From: an uncultured Bacillales bacterium
GTDB taxonomy: Bacteria > Bacillota_I > Bacilli_A > RF39 > UBA660
Length of the DNA: 64,000 nucleotides
Direction of reading: 5' to 3'
NCBI GenBank assembly: GCA_946615975.1
Contig: CAMOID010000001.1
Coordinates: 1,898 to 65,897, forward strand
Positions 37,293 through 46,524 of the stretch are shown piece after piece. Positions within the stretch are counted from its first letter, which is position 1, and each line of letters opens with the position of its first letter. The notes beneath the pieces are model-generated. The model saw only the letters and a list, made by a program, of their open reading frames with translations. It had not been told where the DNA came from and did no database searches. A program made the translations under genes and the position numbers.

Positions 37293-38945
37293 TTAATTAA
37301 TAGATTGTACTTTGTTAACAAAGATAGTTTCAGTAGCATTATTTGATGCATATCCTTTGTAGTTTTTACTTAAGTTAACTAATGCTTCTGCTTTAGAACT
37401 ATAGTTATTAACTTTTATTGAATAATTAGATAACTTATTTATTCCTTCTTTATTAAATTTAGTAATTCCATTATTTAGAGTTGTGGCTCCAGTATTTAAT
37501 TTTCTAATACCGCTATTTAATTGATTCATTGCTCCTGATAAAGTTCTCATTGAATCAATTGTATTTAATGATGAATTAACAACTTGATTATTTCCACCAA
37601 TTAATTGGATTAATCCTTTATTTGCTTCAATTGAAGTTTGTAATGATGAATAAGTTTGTTTTAATAATGTAAGTGTTCCTTCAATTGATGTCTTAGTACC
37701 AACTAAAGCAGCTTTTTGATTTGGTAAAACTGATAAGGCTGTTTCTAATTGTACTTTATTCATTGTTAACTCTTGTAATTTAGCAGCTTTTTCTGCTGGG
37801 AAATTTACACCATATAATTTTTTAGCAGCTTCTAGTTGTGAAATACCTTCATTAACTTGTGTTAATTTAGAAGTATTAGTATTAATAGCTTCATCTGTTT
37901 TTTTAATGTTAGTTTCTACATCCTCTAATTGATTTTTAGCATTTGTTATATTATCGCTTACTTCCTTAACTTGTGCTTCTAATCCTTTATTAGCTATTGT
38001 TAATTTTTCAATTGTAGATTCATTTGTTCCTTTTAAATATTCTAACTTTTGTTCATTAGCTTTATTAGATTCTTCTGTAGGTAATTTTGAACTAATTAAA
38101 TTAACTCCATTTAATAAATCATCTGTACCATTCTTTAATTGATAAGAACCATCTTGAATTTGATTCATACTATCTTGTAATGTTTTTATACTATCTGATA
38201 TTTTATCTAAATCTTTAAATAATTTTATATCTTTTTCTTCAAGTAATTTTGGAGTTGCTATTATATATATATTATCCATTTTGAAATTTGTTGTATCAAA
38301 TGAGAATTCTATATTATCTAAATTATTTAGTTTAGATAGATTTATACTTTCATATAATCCAGGAGATGCAATTGAAGCAACTATATTTTTATCTCCAGTA
38401 TTAACGACTCTTCCATTTGTAGCGTTTATATTAGAGTTATTATCTGAATCTATAATGGTTCCAGCCATTACTACAAATGGTGTATATAATGTTTCATATT
38501 TACCATTTACTTTTACTCTATTTTTCATTTTGTTTTCTAAATTAATTTTGATTTTAACATTTCCAGATTTACCTCTTATTTCGTCAGCTGATAATTCTTT
38601 ATCGTTCAAGAAGTATTTAATACTTATATCAAGAGGTTGTTCTTCATTTGTATTACCTTGATAATAAATATCTTTTCCTTCTGCTTTCCAAATTATTTTA
38701 TCTCCATCTTGGGTAAATGTTTCTGATCCATTTAAATTAACTATTTCATTTAATTTAGTTTCATCTTCATATTTTTCTAATGTTGCTGGACATATATAAT
38801 TTGTTACAGTAGTATCTACTACTGTTCCATCTGTATTTAAATTTGTGAATACTGTTTCTTTTTTAGTAGTAGCTGCATATGTTGTTAATGGATACATTGC
38901 AATTGTTACCGCTAATATACTTTTTAATAATCTATTATTTTTCAT
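37293..38945 (-). CDS. secreted YhgE/Pip N-terminal-domain-like protein (coiled-coil repeats)
   Basis: Signal peptide 'MKNNRLLKSILAVTIAMYPLTTYA'. Repeated 'L(Q/N)xGxxxLxxGxxxL' coiled-coil segments typical of the YhgE/Pip extracellular region. Lacks the C-terminal TM bundle. Stop is 4 nt after the MMPL gene stop. Confidence 0.5.
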   Translation of the reverse strand: MKNNRLLKSILAVTIAMYPLTTYAATTKKETVFTNLNTDGTVVDTTVTNYICPATLEKYEDETKLNEIVNLNGSETFTQDGDKIIWKAEGKDIYYQGNTNEEQPLDISIKYFLNDKELSADEIRGKSGNVKIKINLENKMKNRVKVNGKYETLYTPFVVMAGTIIDSDNNSNINATNGRVVNTGDKNIVASIASPGLYESINLSKLNNLDNIEFSFDTTNFKMDNIYIIATPKLLEEKDIKLFKDLDKISDSIKTLQDSMNQIQDGSYQLKNGTDDLLNGVNLISSKLPTEESNKANEQKLEYLKGTNESTIEKLTIANKGLEAQVKEVSDNITNAKNQLEDVETNIKKTDEAINTNTSKLTQVNEGISQLEAAKKLYGVNFPAEKAAKLQELTMNKVQLETALSVLPNQKAALVGTKTSIEGTLTLLKQTYSSLQTSIEANKGLIQLIGGNNQVVNSSLNTIDSMRTLSGAMNQLNSGIRKLNTGATTLNNGITKFNKEGINKLSNYSIKVNNYSSKAEALVNLSKNYKGYASNNATETIFVNKVQSIN

Positions 38946-38949
38946 GATA

Positions 38950-41007
38950 CTATACTCCTTTCATACCTTTTGTAGTTTTCATGATAAACTTATCAAATAA
39001 TAGTAATAATGTTGGTAATATGAATATTACTACTAACATTGATATGATTGCTCCTCTTGATAATAATGTACATATAGCACCAATCATATCAATCTTTGAA
39101 TACACTGATACACCAAATGTTGCACCAAAGAAACATAATGCTGATATAAATATTGATGGTATTGTAGACAATAATGTTTCTTTCATTGCTTTATGTTTAT
39201 CATTGTATTTTGTTCTTTCTTCTAAATATTTTGTACTCATTAAAATTGCATAATCAATTGTTGCACCTAATTGGATTGTTCCTACAACTATTGATGCAAT
39301 AAATGGTAATGTTGTACCAGTGTAATATGCACATGACATATTAACAAATATTGCAAATTCAATTGTTGTTATTAAAATAATTGGTAATCCAAATGATTTT
39401 AATACTATTAACATTAATATAAATATAACTGCTATTGAAGCATAATTAACCATTTTGAAATCATGATCTGCTATTACTGTTAAATCTTTCATAAGTGGTC
39501 CTTCACCAGCTAATATTGCATTTGAATCATATTTCTTTACTATTTCATTTACTATACCAACTTGATTATTTAATTCATCAGATGCTACTTCATAAATAGA
39601 ATTAATTATAATTAATTGATATTTATCATTATTCATAATTTCTTCTAAATCATCTGGTAACATACTTATTGGCATATTAGTTAATGTATTAGGAGCTAAT
39701 ACTAAATCAATTCCTTCTACATTTTCAAGTTCTTTTACTAAACTATCTACTTTATCTTTTTTGATATTCTTATCTAGTAGTACCATTTCTGGTGAAACTA
39801 TATTATATTCATCTTTTAATCTTGAATTAGCAATACTGCTTCCTAAATTAGATGGAAGAGATTTATCTAATTTATAATATACTTGAACATTATGATTACC
39901 ATATACTGCTGGGAATATTAATAAGATAAATATTACTAGTATTGCGTATCTTCCTTTGATAATAAAATTAGATAACTTATCAAATTTAGGTAAGAAATTT
40001 TTATGTTTAGTTTTTTCTATTACTTTATCAAATACTAATAATAATGATGGGAATATTATTATTACACATAATAGTCCAAATAATACACCTTTTGCCATTA
40101 CTATTCCTATGTCTTTTCCTAATGTTAAATCCATTGAACATAATGCTAAGAAACCAGCTATAGTAGTAAGTGATGAACCTATTACTGATTTAAATGTTGC
40201 TGATATAGCATTGGACATAGCTTTATTTTTATTCTTTTCTTTAATCTTTTCTGTTTCATATTTGTGATATAAGAAAATACTAAAATCTGTTGTTACTCCT
40301 AATTGTAATACTGCTGTTATGGCTTTTGTAATATAAGATATATTACCTAAAAATATATTTGTTCCCATATTATATAGAATAGCCATTCCTATATTACCTA
40401 ATAGGAATACAGGTACCATATAAGAATCAGTTGCAAATAATAAAACGATTAAACATAATACTACTGCAATTAATACATATGCAGTAATTTCTTTATCTGA
40501 TAATTCCATGGTATCTAATACCATTGCTGTCATTCCTGAAACTCTTCCAGGATCTTTGCATAATTCTCTTAATTTCTTAAGAGCTTCTATTGTTGTTTCA
40601 TCTGATGTTGATGTATCAAATGTAACTAACATTAGTGTAGAGTCTTCTTTGACTAGTTTATCTTTTAATTCATCAGGAATCATTTCTATTGGAATAGTTG
40701 TACCTGTTACATCATATAAACTAAATACTTTATTAACTCCTTTTATTTTTTTTACTTCTTCCTCTAACTTTAAAACATCAACTGCTTTGTTGTTTTCAAC
40801 AAACACAAATGAGAAAGCTCCAGTTTTAAATTCATCAGTTAATATATTTTGTCCTTTTATTGTTTCAATGTCTTTAGGTAAATAAACTAAAATATCATAA
40901 TTGATTTTAGTATGTATATAACCTAAAGTAGCAGGTATTAATAAAAGAACAGAAATAATAACTATTAATAAACTGTTATTACTTATAAACTCTGATATTT
41001 TTTTCAT
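38950..41007 (-). CDS. MMPL-family (RND superfamily) transporter
   Basis: 685 aa. Two 6-TM bundles, each preceded by a large extracytoplasmic domain. Confidence 0.8.
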   Translation of the reverse strand: MKKISEFISNNSLLIVIISVLLLIPATLGYIHTKINYDILVYLPKDIETIKGQNILTDEFKTGAFSFVFVENNKAVDVLKLEEEVKKIKGVNKVFSLYDVTGTTIPIEMIPDELKDKLVKEDSTLMLVTFDTSTSDETTIEALKKLRELCKDPGRVSGMTAMVLDTMELSDKEITAYVLIAVVLCLIVLLFATDSYMVPVFLLGNIGMAILYNMGTNIFLGNISYITKAITAVLQLGVTTDFSIFLYHKYETEKIKEKNKNKAMSNAISATFKSVIGSSLTTIAGFLALCSMDLTLGKDIGIVMAKGVLFGLLCVIIIFPSLLLVFDKVIEKTKHKNFLPKFDKLSNFIIKGRYAILVIFILLIFPAVYGNHNVQVYYKLDKSLPSNLGSSIANSRLKDEYNIVSPEMVLLDKNIKKDKVDSLVKELENVEGIDLVLAPNTLTNMPISMLPDDLEEIMNNDKYQLIIINSIYEVASDELNNQVGIVNEIVKKYDSNAILAGEGPLMKDLTVIADHDFKMVNYASIAVIFILMLIVLKSFGLPIILITTIEFAIFVNMSCAYYTGTTLPFIASIVVGTIQLGATIDYAILMSTKYLEERTKYNDKHKAMKETLLSTIPSIFISALCFFGATFGVSVYSKIDMIGAICTLLSRGAIISMLVVIFILPTLLLLFDKFIMKTTKGMKGV

Positions 41008-41122
41008 ATACTTCTCTCCTTTACGTATTACATTTTATCCAATATTTTGTTTAATTTAAGACATATAATTATAGTTGTGTATAGATAAACAACATTTTGT
41101 CTATTATGTATGTATAAATATG

Positions 41123-41135
41123 CAACATTTTGTTG
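41123..41135. promoter_or_regulatory. palindromic candidate TetR operator in the divergent promoter region
   Basis: CAACA-TTT-TGTTG perfect dyad. A degenerate copy ACAACATTTTGTCT lies at 41089-41102. A second dyad TGTACAAATAT...ATATTTGATGTACA lies at 41151-41180, directly upstream of the tetR RBS. Confidence 0.45.
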
Positions 41136-41191
41136 TATATCTTTACATTTGTACAAATATCATTTATATTTGATGTACACAGGTGATATAT

Positions 41192-41737
41192 ATGGATAAA
41201 AAAATAGATTTAAGAATTATAAAGACAAATATGGTTTTATACGATGCTTTAGTTAATTTATTAAAAGATCATCCTTTTGAAGAAATTAAAGTATCAGATA
41301 TATGTGCTAAAGCACTAGTAAATAGATCAACATTCTATGCTCACTTTAATGATAAGTATGAATTATTCATGAGCTTTATAAATGATTTAAAGGAATCATT
41401 TATTCAAGAATTAAAAACTATTGATCAAGATTTATCTTTAAAAGATTATTATTTAAAATTAATTGAAGTATTCTTAAATCATGTTGAAGGTAAAGAAGAT
41501 ATTTATAAATCTATATTAACTAATAATAGAAATAGTATAATTATGGATATGATTTATAATACTATTCAAGAAGATGTTAATAGTAGAATTAGAAATAATG
41601 ATAAAGATGTTCCTGATGATATTTTTACATCATATTATATGGGTGCAATTGTTAATGTAGGTATTGATTGGTTAAAAGGAAATAAAAAATATACCAAAGA
41701 AGAAATGCTTAAGTATTTAAATAATTTAATGAATTAA
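41192..41737 (+). CDS. TetR/AcrR-family transcriptional regulator
   Basis: N-terminal HTH 'FEEIKVSDICAKALVNRSTFYAHFNDK'. Start moved to ATG 41192 (RBS AGGTGA); the ORF-track start at 41183 is a GTG. Confidence 0.75.
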   Translation: MDKKIDLRIIKTNMVLYDALVNLLKDHPFEEIKVSDICAKALVNRSTFYAHFNDKYELFMSFINDLKESFIQELKTIDQDLSLKDYYLKLIEVFLNHVEGKEDIYKSILTNNRNSIIMDMIYNTIQEDVNSRIRNNDKDVPDDIFTSYYMGAIVNVGIDWLKGNKKYTKEEMLKYLNNLMN

Positions 41738-41830
41738 AAGAAGGCGTTATGCCTTCTTTTAATATGTAAATAGACATTCATATATAATTTAGTATCTTTG
41801 ATTTATGTTATAATTTTTATAGGTGATATA

Positions 41831-43387
41831 ATGAAAAGACAAGTAGTATTAGCCGTCATGGATGGTGTAGGATTAACTGATAAAGTTGAAGGAAATGCAT
41901 TTAAAAATGCAAATACTCCAAATTTAGATAAAATAATGAACAATTCAATTGCAATTCATGCTCATGGTACTTATGTAGGATTACCTAGTGATGAAGATAT
42001 GGGTAATTCTGAAGTAGGACACAATGCAATGGGATGTGGTCAAATATATTCTCAAGGTGCTAAATTAGTAAATGACGCTATTGAAAATGGAACATTATTT
42101 GAAGGTAACACTTGGAAAGAAGCAATTAATTATGCTAAAGATAATAAATTACATTTTATTGGTTTGTTATCTGATGGTGGTGTTCATTCACATATTAATC
42201 ATTTGTTAAAAATGATTGAAGTTGCAAAAAAAGATGGAATAAAAAATGTATGTGTACATATTTTATTAGATGGTAGAGATGTACCTAAAACATCTGCATT
42301 AGAATATGTAGATATTTTAGAAAATAAACTTAAAGAATTAAATGATGATTCATTCTATGGAAGAATAGTTTCTGGTGGTGGAAGAATGAATATCACTATG
42401 GATAGATATGAAGCTGATTGGAGTATGGTAGAAAGAGGATGGCATACTCATGTATTAGGAGAAGGAAGAAAGTTTAATTCAGCTACTGAAGCTATTGAAA
42501 CAGATAGAAGTGAAAATCCTGATATTATAGATCAATATTTAAATCCATTTATTGTTGATAATACAAATGGAACTATTGAAGATCATGATTCAGTTATCTT
42601 CTTTAACTTTAGAGGAGATAGAGCAATAGAAATATCTAGAGCATTTGATGAAGATAATTTTGATAAGTTTGATAGAGTTAGAGTACCAAATGTTTACTAT
42701 GCTGGTATGTTACAATATGACTCAGAAGTTAAAATACCAAAACATTTTATTGCTGAACCTCCACATATTACAAATACTTTAACAGAACAATTAATTAAAT
42801 ATAATATAAATGAATATGCTGTTTCAGAAACTCAAAAATTTGGACATGTTACATATTTCTGGAATGGAAATAAAATAGATAAATTTAATGAAGAATTAGA
42901 AACTTATGATAAAGTTGATTCAGATGTTATACCATTTGATCAAGCTCCTGCTATGAAAGCAAATGAAATAACAGATAAATTTATTGAAGCAATTAAATCT
43001 AATAAATATCAATTTTTAAGATGTAATTTCCCAAATGGAGATATGGTTGGACATACAGGTAATTATGATGCAACTGTAGTTGCTATGGAAGCTGTTGATT
43101 ATAATATAGGTAGAATAATGCAAGCTGTTGATGAAACAAATTCTATACTTATTGTTTTAGCTGACCATGGTAACGCTGAAGAAATGATTGATGATAAAGG
43201 TGCAGTAAAAACATCTCATACAACTAATCCTGTACCATTTATTATTTATGGTAATGATATAGACAATATTACATTCAAACAAGGAGACTTCGGATTAGCT
43301 AACTTAGCAAGCACAATTACTGATTTATTAGATGTTCCAAATAATCCAGTTTGGAAAGAATCAATGATTGAAATAAAAAAGAACTAG
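41831..43387 (+). CDS. gpmI: 2,3-bisphosphoglycerate-independent phosphoglycerate mutase
   Basis: 'VLAVMDGVGL' and 'GNSEVGH' metal and phosphoserine site motifs. About 518 aa from ATG 41831 (RBS AGGTGA). The ORF-track start at 41798 is a TTG. Confidence 0.95.
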   Translation: MKRQVVLAVMDGVGLTDKVEGNAFKNANTPNLDKIMNNSIAIHAHGTYVGLPSDEDMGNSEVGHNAMGCGQIYSQGAKLVNDAIENGTLFEGNTWKEAINYAKDNKLHFIGLLSDGGVHSHINHLLKMIEVAKKDGIKNVCVHILLDGRDVPKTSALEYVDILENKLKELNDDSFYGRIVSGGGRMNITMDRYEADWSMVERGWHTHVLGEGRKFNSATEAIETDRSENPDIIDQYLNPFIVDNTNGTIEDHDSVIFFNFRGDRAIEISRAFDEDNFDKFDRVRVPNVYYAGMLQYDSEVKIPKHFIAEPPHITNTLTEQLIKYNINEYAVSETQKFGHVTYFWNGNKIDKFNEELETYDKVDSDVIPFDQAPAMKANEITDKFIEAIKSNKYQFLRCNFPNGDMVGHTGNYDATVVAMEAVDYNIGRIMQAVDETNSILIVLADHGNAEEMIDDKGAVKTSHTTNPVPFIIYGNDIDNITFKQGDFGLANLASTITDLLDVPNNPVWKESMIEIKKN

Positions 43388-43442
43388 ATATCTAGTTCTT
43401 TTTATTTATATTTGATAATATATAAAGTAAGAAGATGATTAT

Positions 43443-44105
43443 ATGAATAAGGATAAAAAACAAGATATTTTAATTGCATCTATTATTACTGGTGTAATAT
43501 TAGTATTAGTAGTTATAATTATACTAATTCTTGTATTAAATAATAAGAAAAAAACTAACTTAGAATTAACAACAATACAAACAAGTGAAACCACTTCTAC
43601 TACTATGTCAAATATAGTTACTACAACCGAAGAAACTACTACTGGAGTATTAAATGAAAATAATCCTGGTGGTGGTGACCATGGTGGTGGTGCTTCAAAA
43701 AAAACTACAACAGCTAAAATAACAACTACAAATAAAACAACCTCTTCTAAATCAATTATTCAAAATACTTCATCAAAAAAATATAAATGTCCTGATGGAT
43801 ATCAGCTTGAAGGAACAAAGTGTATAACAACAGAACCTCCAAAATATGGATGTCCTTCTAATATGGCAGAAATAACTAATAATGGTATTCCTGAAGATAA
43901 AAATTGTATTAACTTATCTGAAGGATTTGAAAGTACAGAAGAAGGATGTCCTTCTAATACATATGAGTTACATCTAATACCATTTATGGGTACTCCTGAA
44001 AAATGGAATTGTTATTATTTTCATAGTAAAGTATATACTTGTGAAAATGGATATACTTTAACTAATAATAAATGTATTAAAACAATTAATGCTACGTTAG
44101 AATAA
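43443..44105 (+). CDS. N-anchored secreted protein with a Thr-rich stalk and four small Cys modules
   Basis: TM 'ILIASIITGVILVLVVIIILILVL'. Modules 'CPDGYQLEGTKCITT', 'GCPSNMAEI...NCI', 'GCPSNTYEL...WNC' and 'CENGYTLTNNKCIKT'. Confidence 0.55.
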   Translation: MNKDKKQDILIASIITGVILVLVVIIILILVLNNKKKTNLELTTIQTSETTSTTMSNIVTTTEETTTGVLNENNPGGGDHGGGASKKTTTAKITTTNKTTSSKSIIQNTSSKKYKCPDGYQLEGTKCITTEPPKYGCPSNMAEITNNGIPEDKNCINLSEGFESTEEGCPSNTYELHLIPFMGTPEKWNCYYFHSKVYTCENGYTLTNNKCIKTINATLE

Positions 44106-44184
44106 AAAGAGCTTATTGCTCTTTTTTTATAAATTGACTACTATTATCATATTTTATATAATAACCACAAAGTGAGGGGTATAT

Positions 44185-45012
44185 ATGGCAAATAAAAATG
44201 ATAATTATTATTTTATAAACGGTAATAATATTGAATCTCATTGTATATATGTTCCTTATAAAGGATCATATATTAAAAATTGTAAAGATATATCTGACTT
44301 TGATATGGCTACAATTGAATTGGGTACTGATTTAAAAGATGCTTTAGTAGATTGTAATCCATTACTAAAATTAAATACTTATAATTACATAGGTAAATAT
44401 CCTTATAGTAAAGGTATTAAAATATTTAAACCAATTGAAATGTTTAAAGAAGATAAAGATATTAAACATGCAGTAGATTGTTTTACTCAATTTGTAGAAG
44501 AAAGACAATTCTTGTATTATCATGAAAAGCCTTTAGATTTAACAGATCAAGATTTAATTGAACAATTTATTGACTTAATATTATCTTCTTTAACTCCTAG
44601 AGAAAAAGAAATAGTCTTTTCAAAAAAATCTATTATAGGTAAAAATATAAAAGTATATAGAACTGAAAATGCTCATAGATTTATTGAACAATTATCCAAT
44701 TATACTCAATTAAGAAATTTATTAATCAATTATATAAATGTTAAATCAGGTAGATTTATACCTACAAACTATAAATTAAAACAAATGGCTAACTCACTAG
44801 AAAATATTGAAAACTTGTATCCTGAAGATCCTGAGAAGATAAAACAAGCATTAGAAGAATATAAAGCAGAAATCTTACAAATTAAATCTGATGAAGAAAG
44901 AAAACAAGTTCAAGAAAAGTTAAAAAAGAATACTCAAGAAGAATATAAACAATTAACTCTATATGATATATTTGGTGATGAATCACTTAAAATATTAAAG
45001 AAGAAAAACTAG
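44185..45012 (+). CDS. hypothetical cytoplasmic protein (275 aa)
   Basis: Promoter TTGACT...TATAAT and RBS GAGGGG upstream. Terminator AAACTAGGTATAACCTAGTTTTT downstream. Confidence 0.5.
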   Translation: MANKNDNYYFINGNNIESHCIYVPYKGSYIKNCKDISDFDMATIELGTDLKDALVDCNPLLKLNTYNYIGKYPYSKGIKIFKPIEMFKEDKDIKHAVDCFTQFVEERQFLYYHEKPLDLTDQDLIEQFIDLILSSLTPREKEIVFSKKSIIGKNIKVYRTENAHRFIEQLSNYTQLRNLLINYINVKSGRFIPTNYKLKQMANSLENIENLYPEDPEKIKQALEEYKAEILQIKSDEERKQVQEKLKKNTQEEYKQLTLYDIFGDESLKILKKKN

Positions 45013-45192
45013 GTATAACCTAGTTTTTATTGATTTTTAAAATGATATTTATAATCGTCTACAATTACATAAGAACTATTTAGTTTCTTCTAACTGGAGA
45101 AGCAAATTTTCTTATATATTATTAAACAATAATATTTATTTATAAAATGATATTTAGACAATATCTTTTACATTATATTAAATAAATTTTAT

Positions 45193-45345
45193 TGATTTAT
45201 TTAGTCATATCTAGTAATATTATACTAGGCAAGGTAATAAAACTTGCCGATATCTCTAACGATTTTTAACTTAGTGTTAGAGTATATCAACCAAAACCCC
45301 CTGAAGGACCTCGTAAGAGGTCCACTTTTTTTAGGAAGTGAAAAC
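45193..45345 (+). promoter_or_regulatory. promoter plus ~110-nt structured leader ending in an intrinsic terminator/attenuator immediately upstream of the membrane-protein gene RBS (candidate riboswitch or attenuator, class unknown)
   Basis: TTGATT (45193-45198) -N16- TAATAT. Hairpins GGCAAG...CTTGCC (45228-45248) and CTCTAAC...GTTAGAG (45254-45282). GGACCTC-GTAA-GAGGTCC with a GNRA loop (45306-45323) followed by ACTTTTTTT. RBS AGGAAG and ATG 45346 follow directly. Confidence 0.5.
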
Positions 45346-46491
45346 ATGGAAAAGAATAGAAAGTATTTTAATAAATATGTTTTTTTATCAACTTTTGCTA
45401 GAAATTTAATAGAACTTTTTATTGGAACTATTTTATTTAAAGCAGGTTTTGATTTAAAAAGTGTTATATTTTATTATTTATTTGTTAATGTATTTTCTTT
45501 CTTTATAGCTTTTCCATGTATATATATAGCTAAAAAGCATTCTAATAAGATATTAACTATATTAGGTATAATTGCATTTATATTAGTTCAAGTAGCTTTA
45601 AACTACATAAAACTAAATATTGGATATCTGTTAATTCTTTCATTTTTATATGCTTTATATAGAAGAGCATATTGGATGTCTAGAAGATATTATACATTAC
45701 AAGTAATAGATAAAAATAATACATCAAAAGAATACTCTTTTGTATCAATATTTAATCAATTAGCTTTATTATTAAGTTCATATGTAGGATCTTTATTATT
45801 AGAATATATAAATATTAATATAATAACTTGTATATCTATTATGTTATTGTTAGTTGGATTCTATTGTATATATAAAATGGATTTTGAATATGAAATAAAT
45901 AAAACTAAAATAAATATATTTGAAACAGTTAGAATTACTCCTATTTCTAGTATTATTAGTATTGGATGTTATGAATTACAAAATGTTATAACTTTCTTAT
46001 TACCTTTATATATTGTTATATATGTTAAAAATACATATACCGCAGTTGGTATTATTAATTTACTTGCTCAATTAGCTACAATAGTATGTGTATATGCTTA
46101 TGGGATGTTAATAAATAAAGATAAGAATTATTTAAAACTTAGTTTAATATTCCTATTAATTTTTAAAGTGTTACAAGTTAATACATATGGAATAGTATTA
46201 TTTATTATTACATTTATAAGTGGACTTGCTACAAAGATGTATGAACAATCATTTAATAAAGAGTTATTAATACTATCTAAGAATTATGAATTTCATAACT
46301 TCAATTTACTATATGAATGTACTCAAAATATATTTAGAACAATTACAGTAGCAATATTATTCTACTTTGTAGATGATGTTAAAATAATGTTATATGTTGT
46401 ATTAGCAATTATTGCTATACCTCTTCTAGTAAAATTTAATACTAAACCTAAAACCCAAAAAAGCAATGTTATTTGGAAAGAAAAGAACTAG
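45346..46491 (+). CDS. polytopic membrane protein (~10-12 TM, transporter-like)
   Basis: Start at ATG 45346 (RBS AGGAAG). The ORF-track start at 45244 is a TTG inside the leader. Hydrophobic throughout; family not assignable by eye. Confidence 0.55.
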   Translation: MEKNRKYFNKYVFLSTFARNLIELFIGTILFKAGFDLKSVIFYYLFVNVFSFFIAFPCIYIAKKHSNKILTILGIIAFILVQVALNYIKLNIGYLLILSFLYALYRRAYWMSRRYYTLQVIDKNNTSKEYSFVSIFNQLALLLSSYVGSLLLEYININIITCISIMLLLVGFYCIYKMDFEYEINKTKINIFETVRITPISSIISIGCYELQNVITFLLPLYIVIYVKNTYTAVGIINLLAQLATIVCVYAYGMLINKDKNYLKLSLIFLLIFKVLQVNTYGIVLFIITFISGLATKMYEQSFNKELLILSKNYEFHNFNLLYECTQNIFRTITVAILFYFVDDVKIMLYVVLAIIAIPLLVKFNTKPKTQKSNVIWKEKN

Positions 46492-46524
46492 CAAAATCTT
46501 TGCTAGTTTTTTTCTTTATTTTGT

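Noticed and set aside
37293-41737. TetR + MMPL + YhgE/Pip-like block as a novel system
   Set aside because: The combination of an MMPL/RND-type exporter with a YhgE/Pip-domain protein under a divergent TetR is a recurrent, already-described arrangement in Firmicutes. It is interesting only for its operators.
45228-45332. T-box leader upstream of the membrane-protein gene
   Set aside because: No T-box consensus (AATTAGGGTGGNACCGCG) and no specifier-loop architecture. The leader is only about 110 nt.
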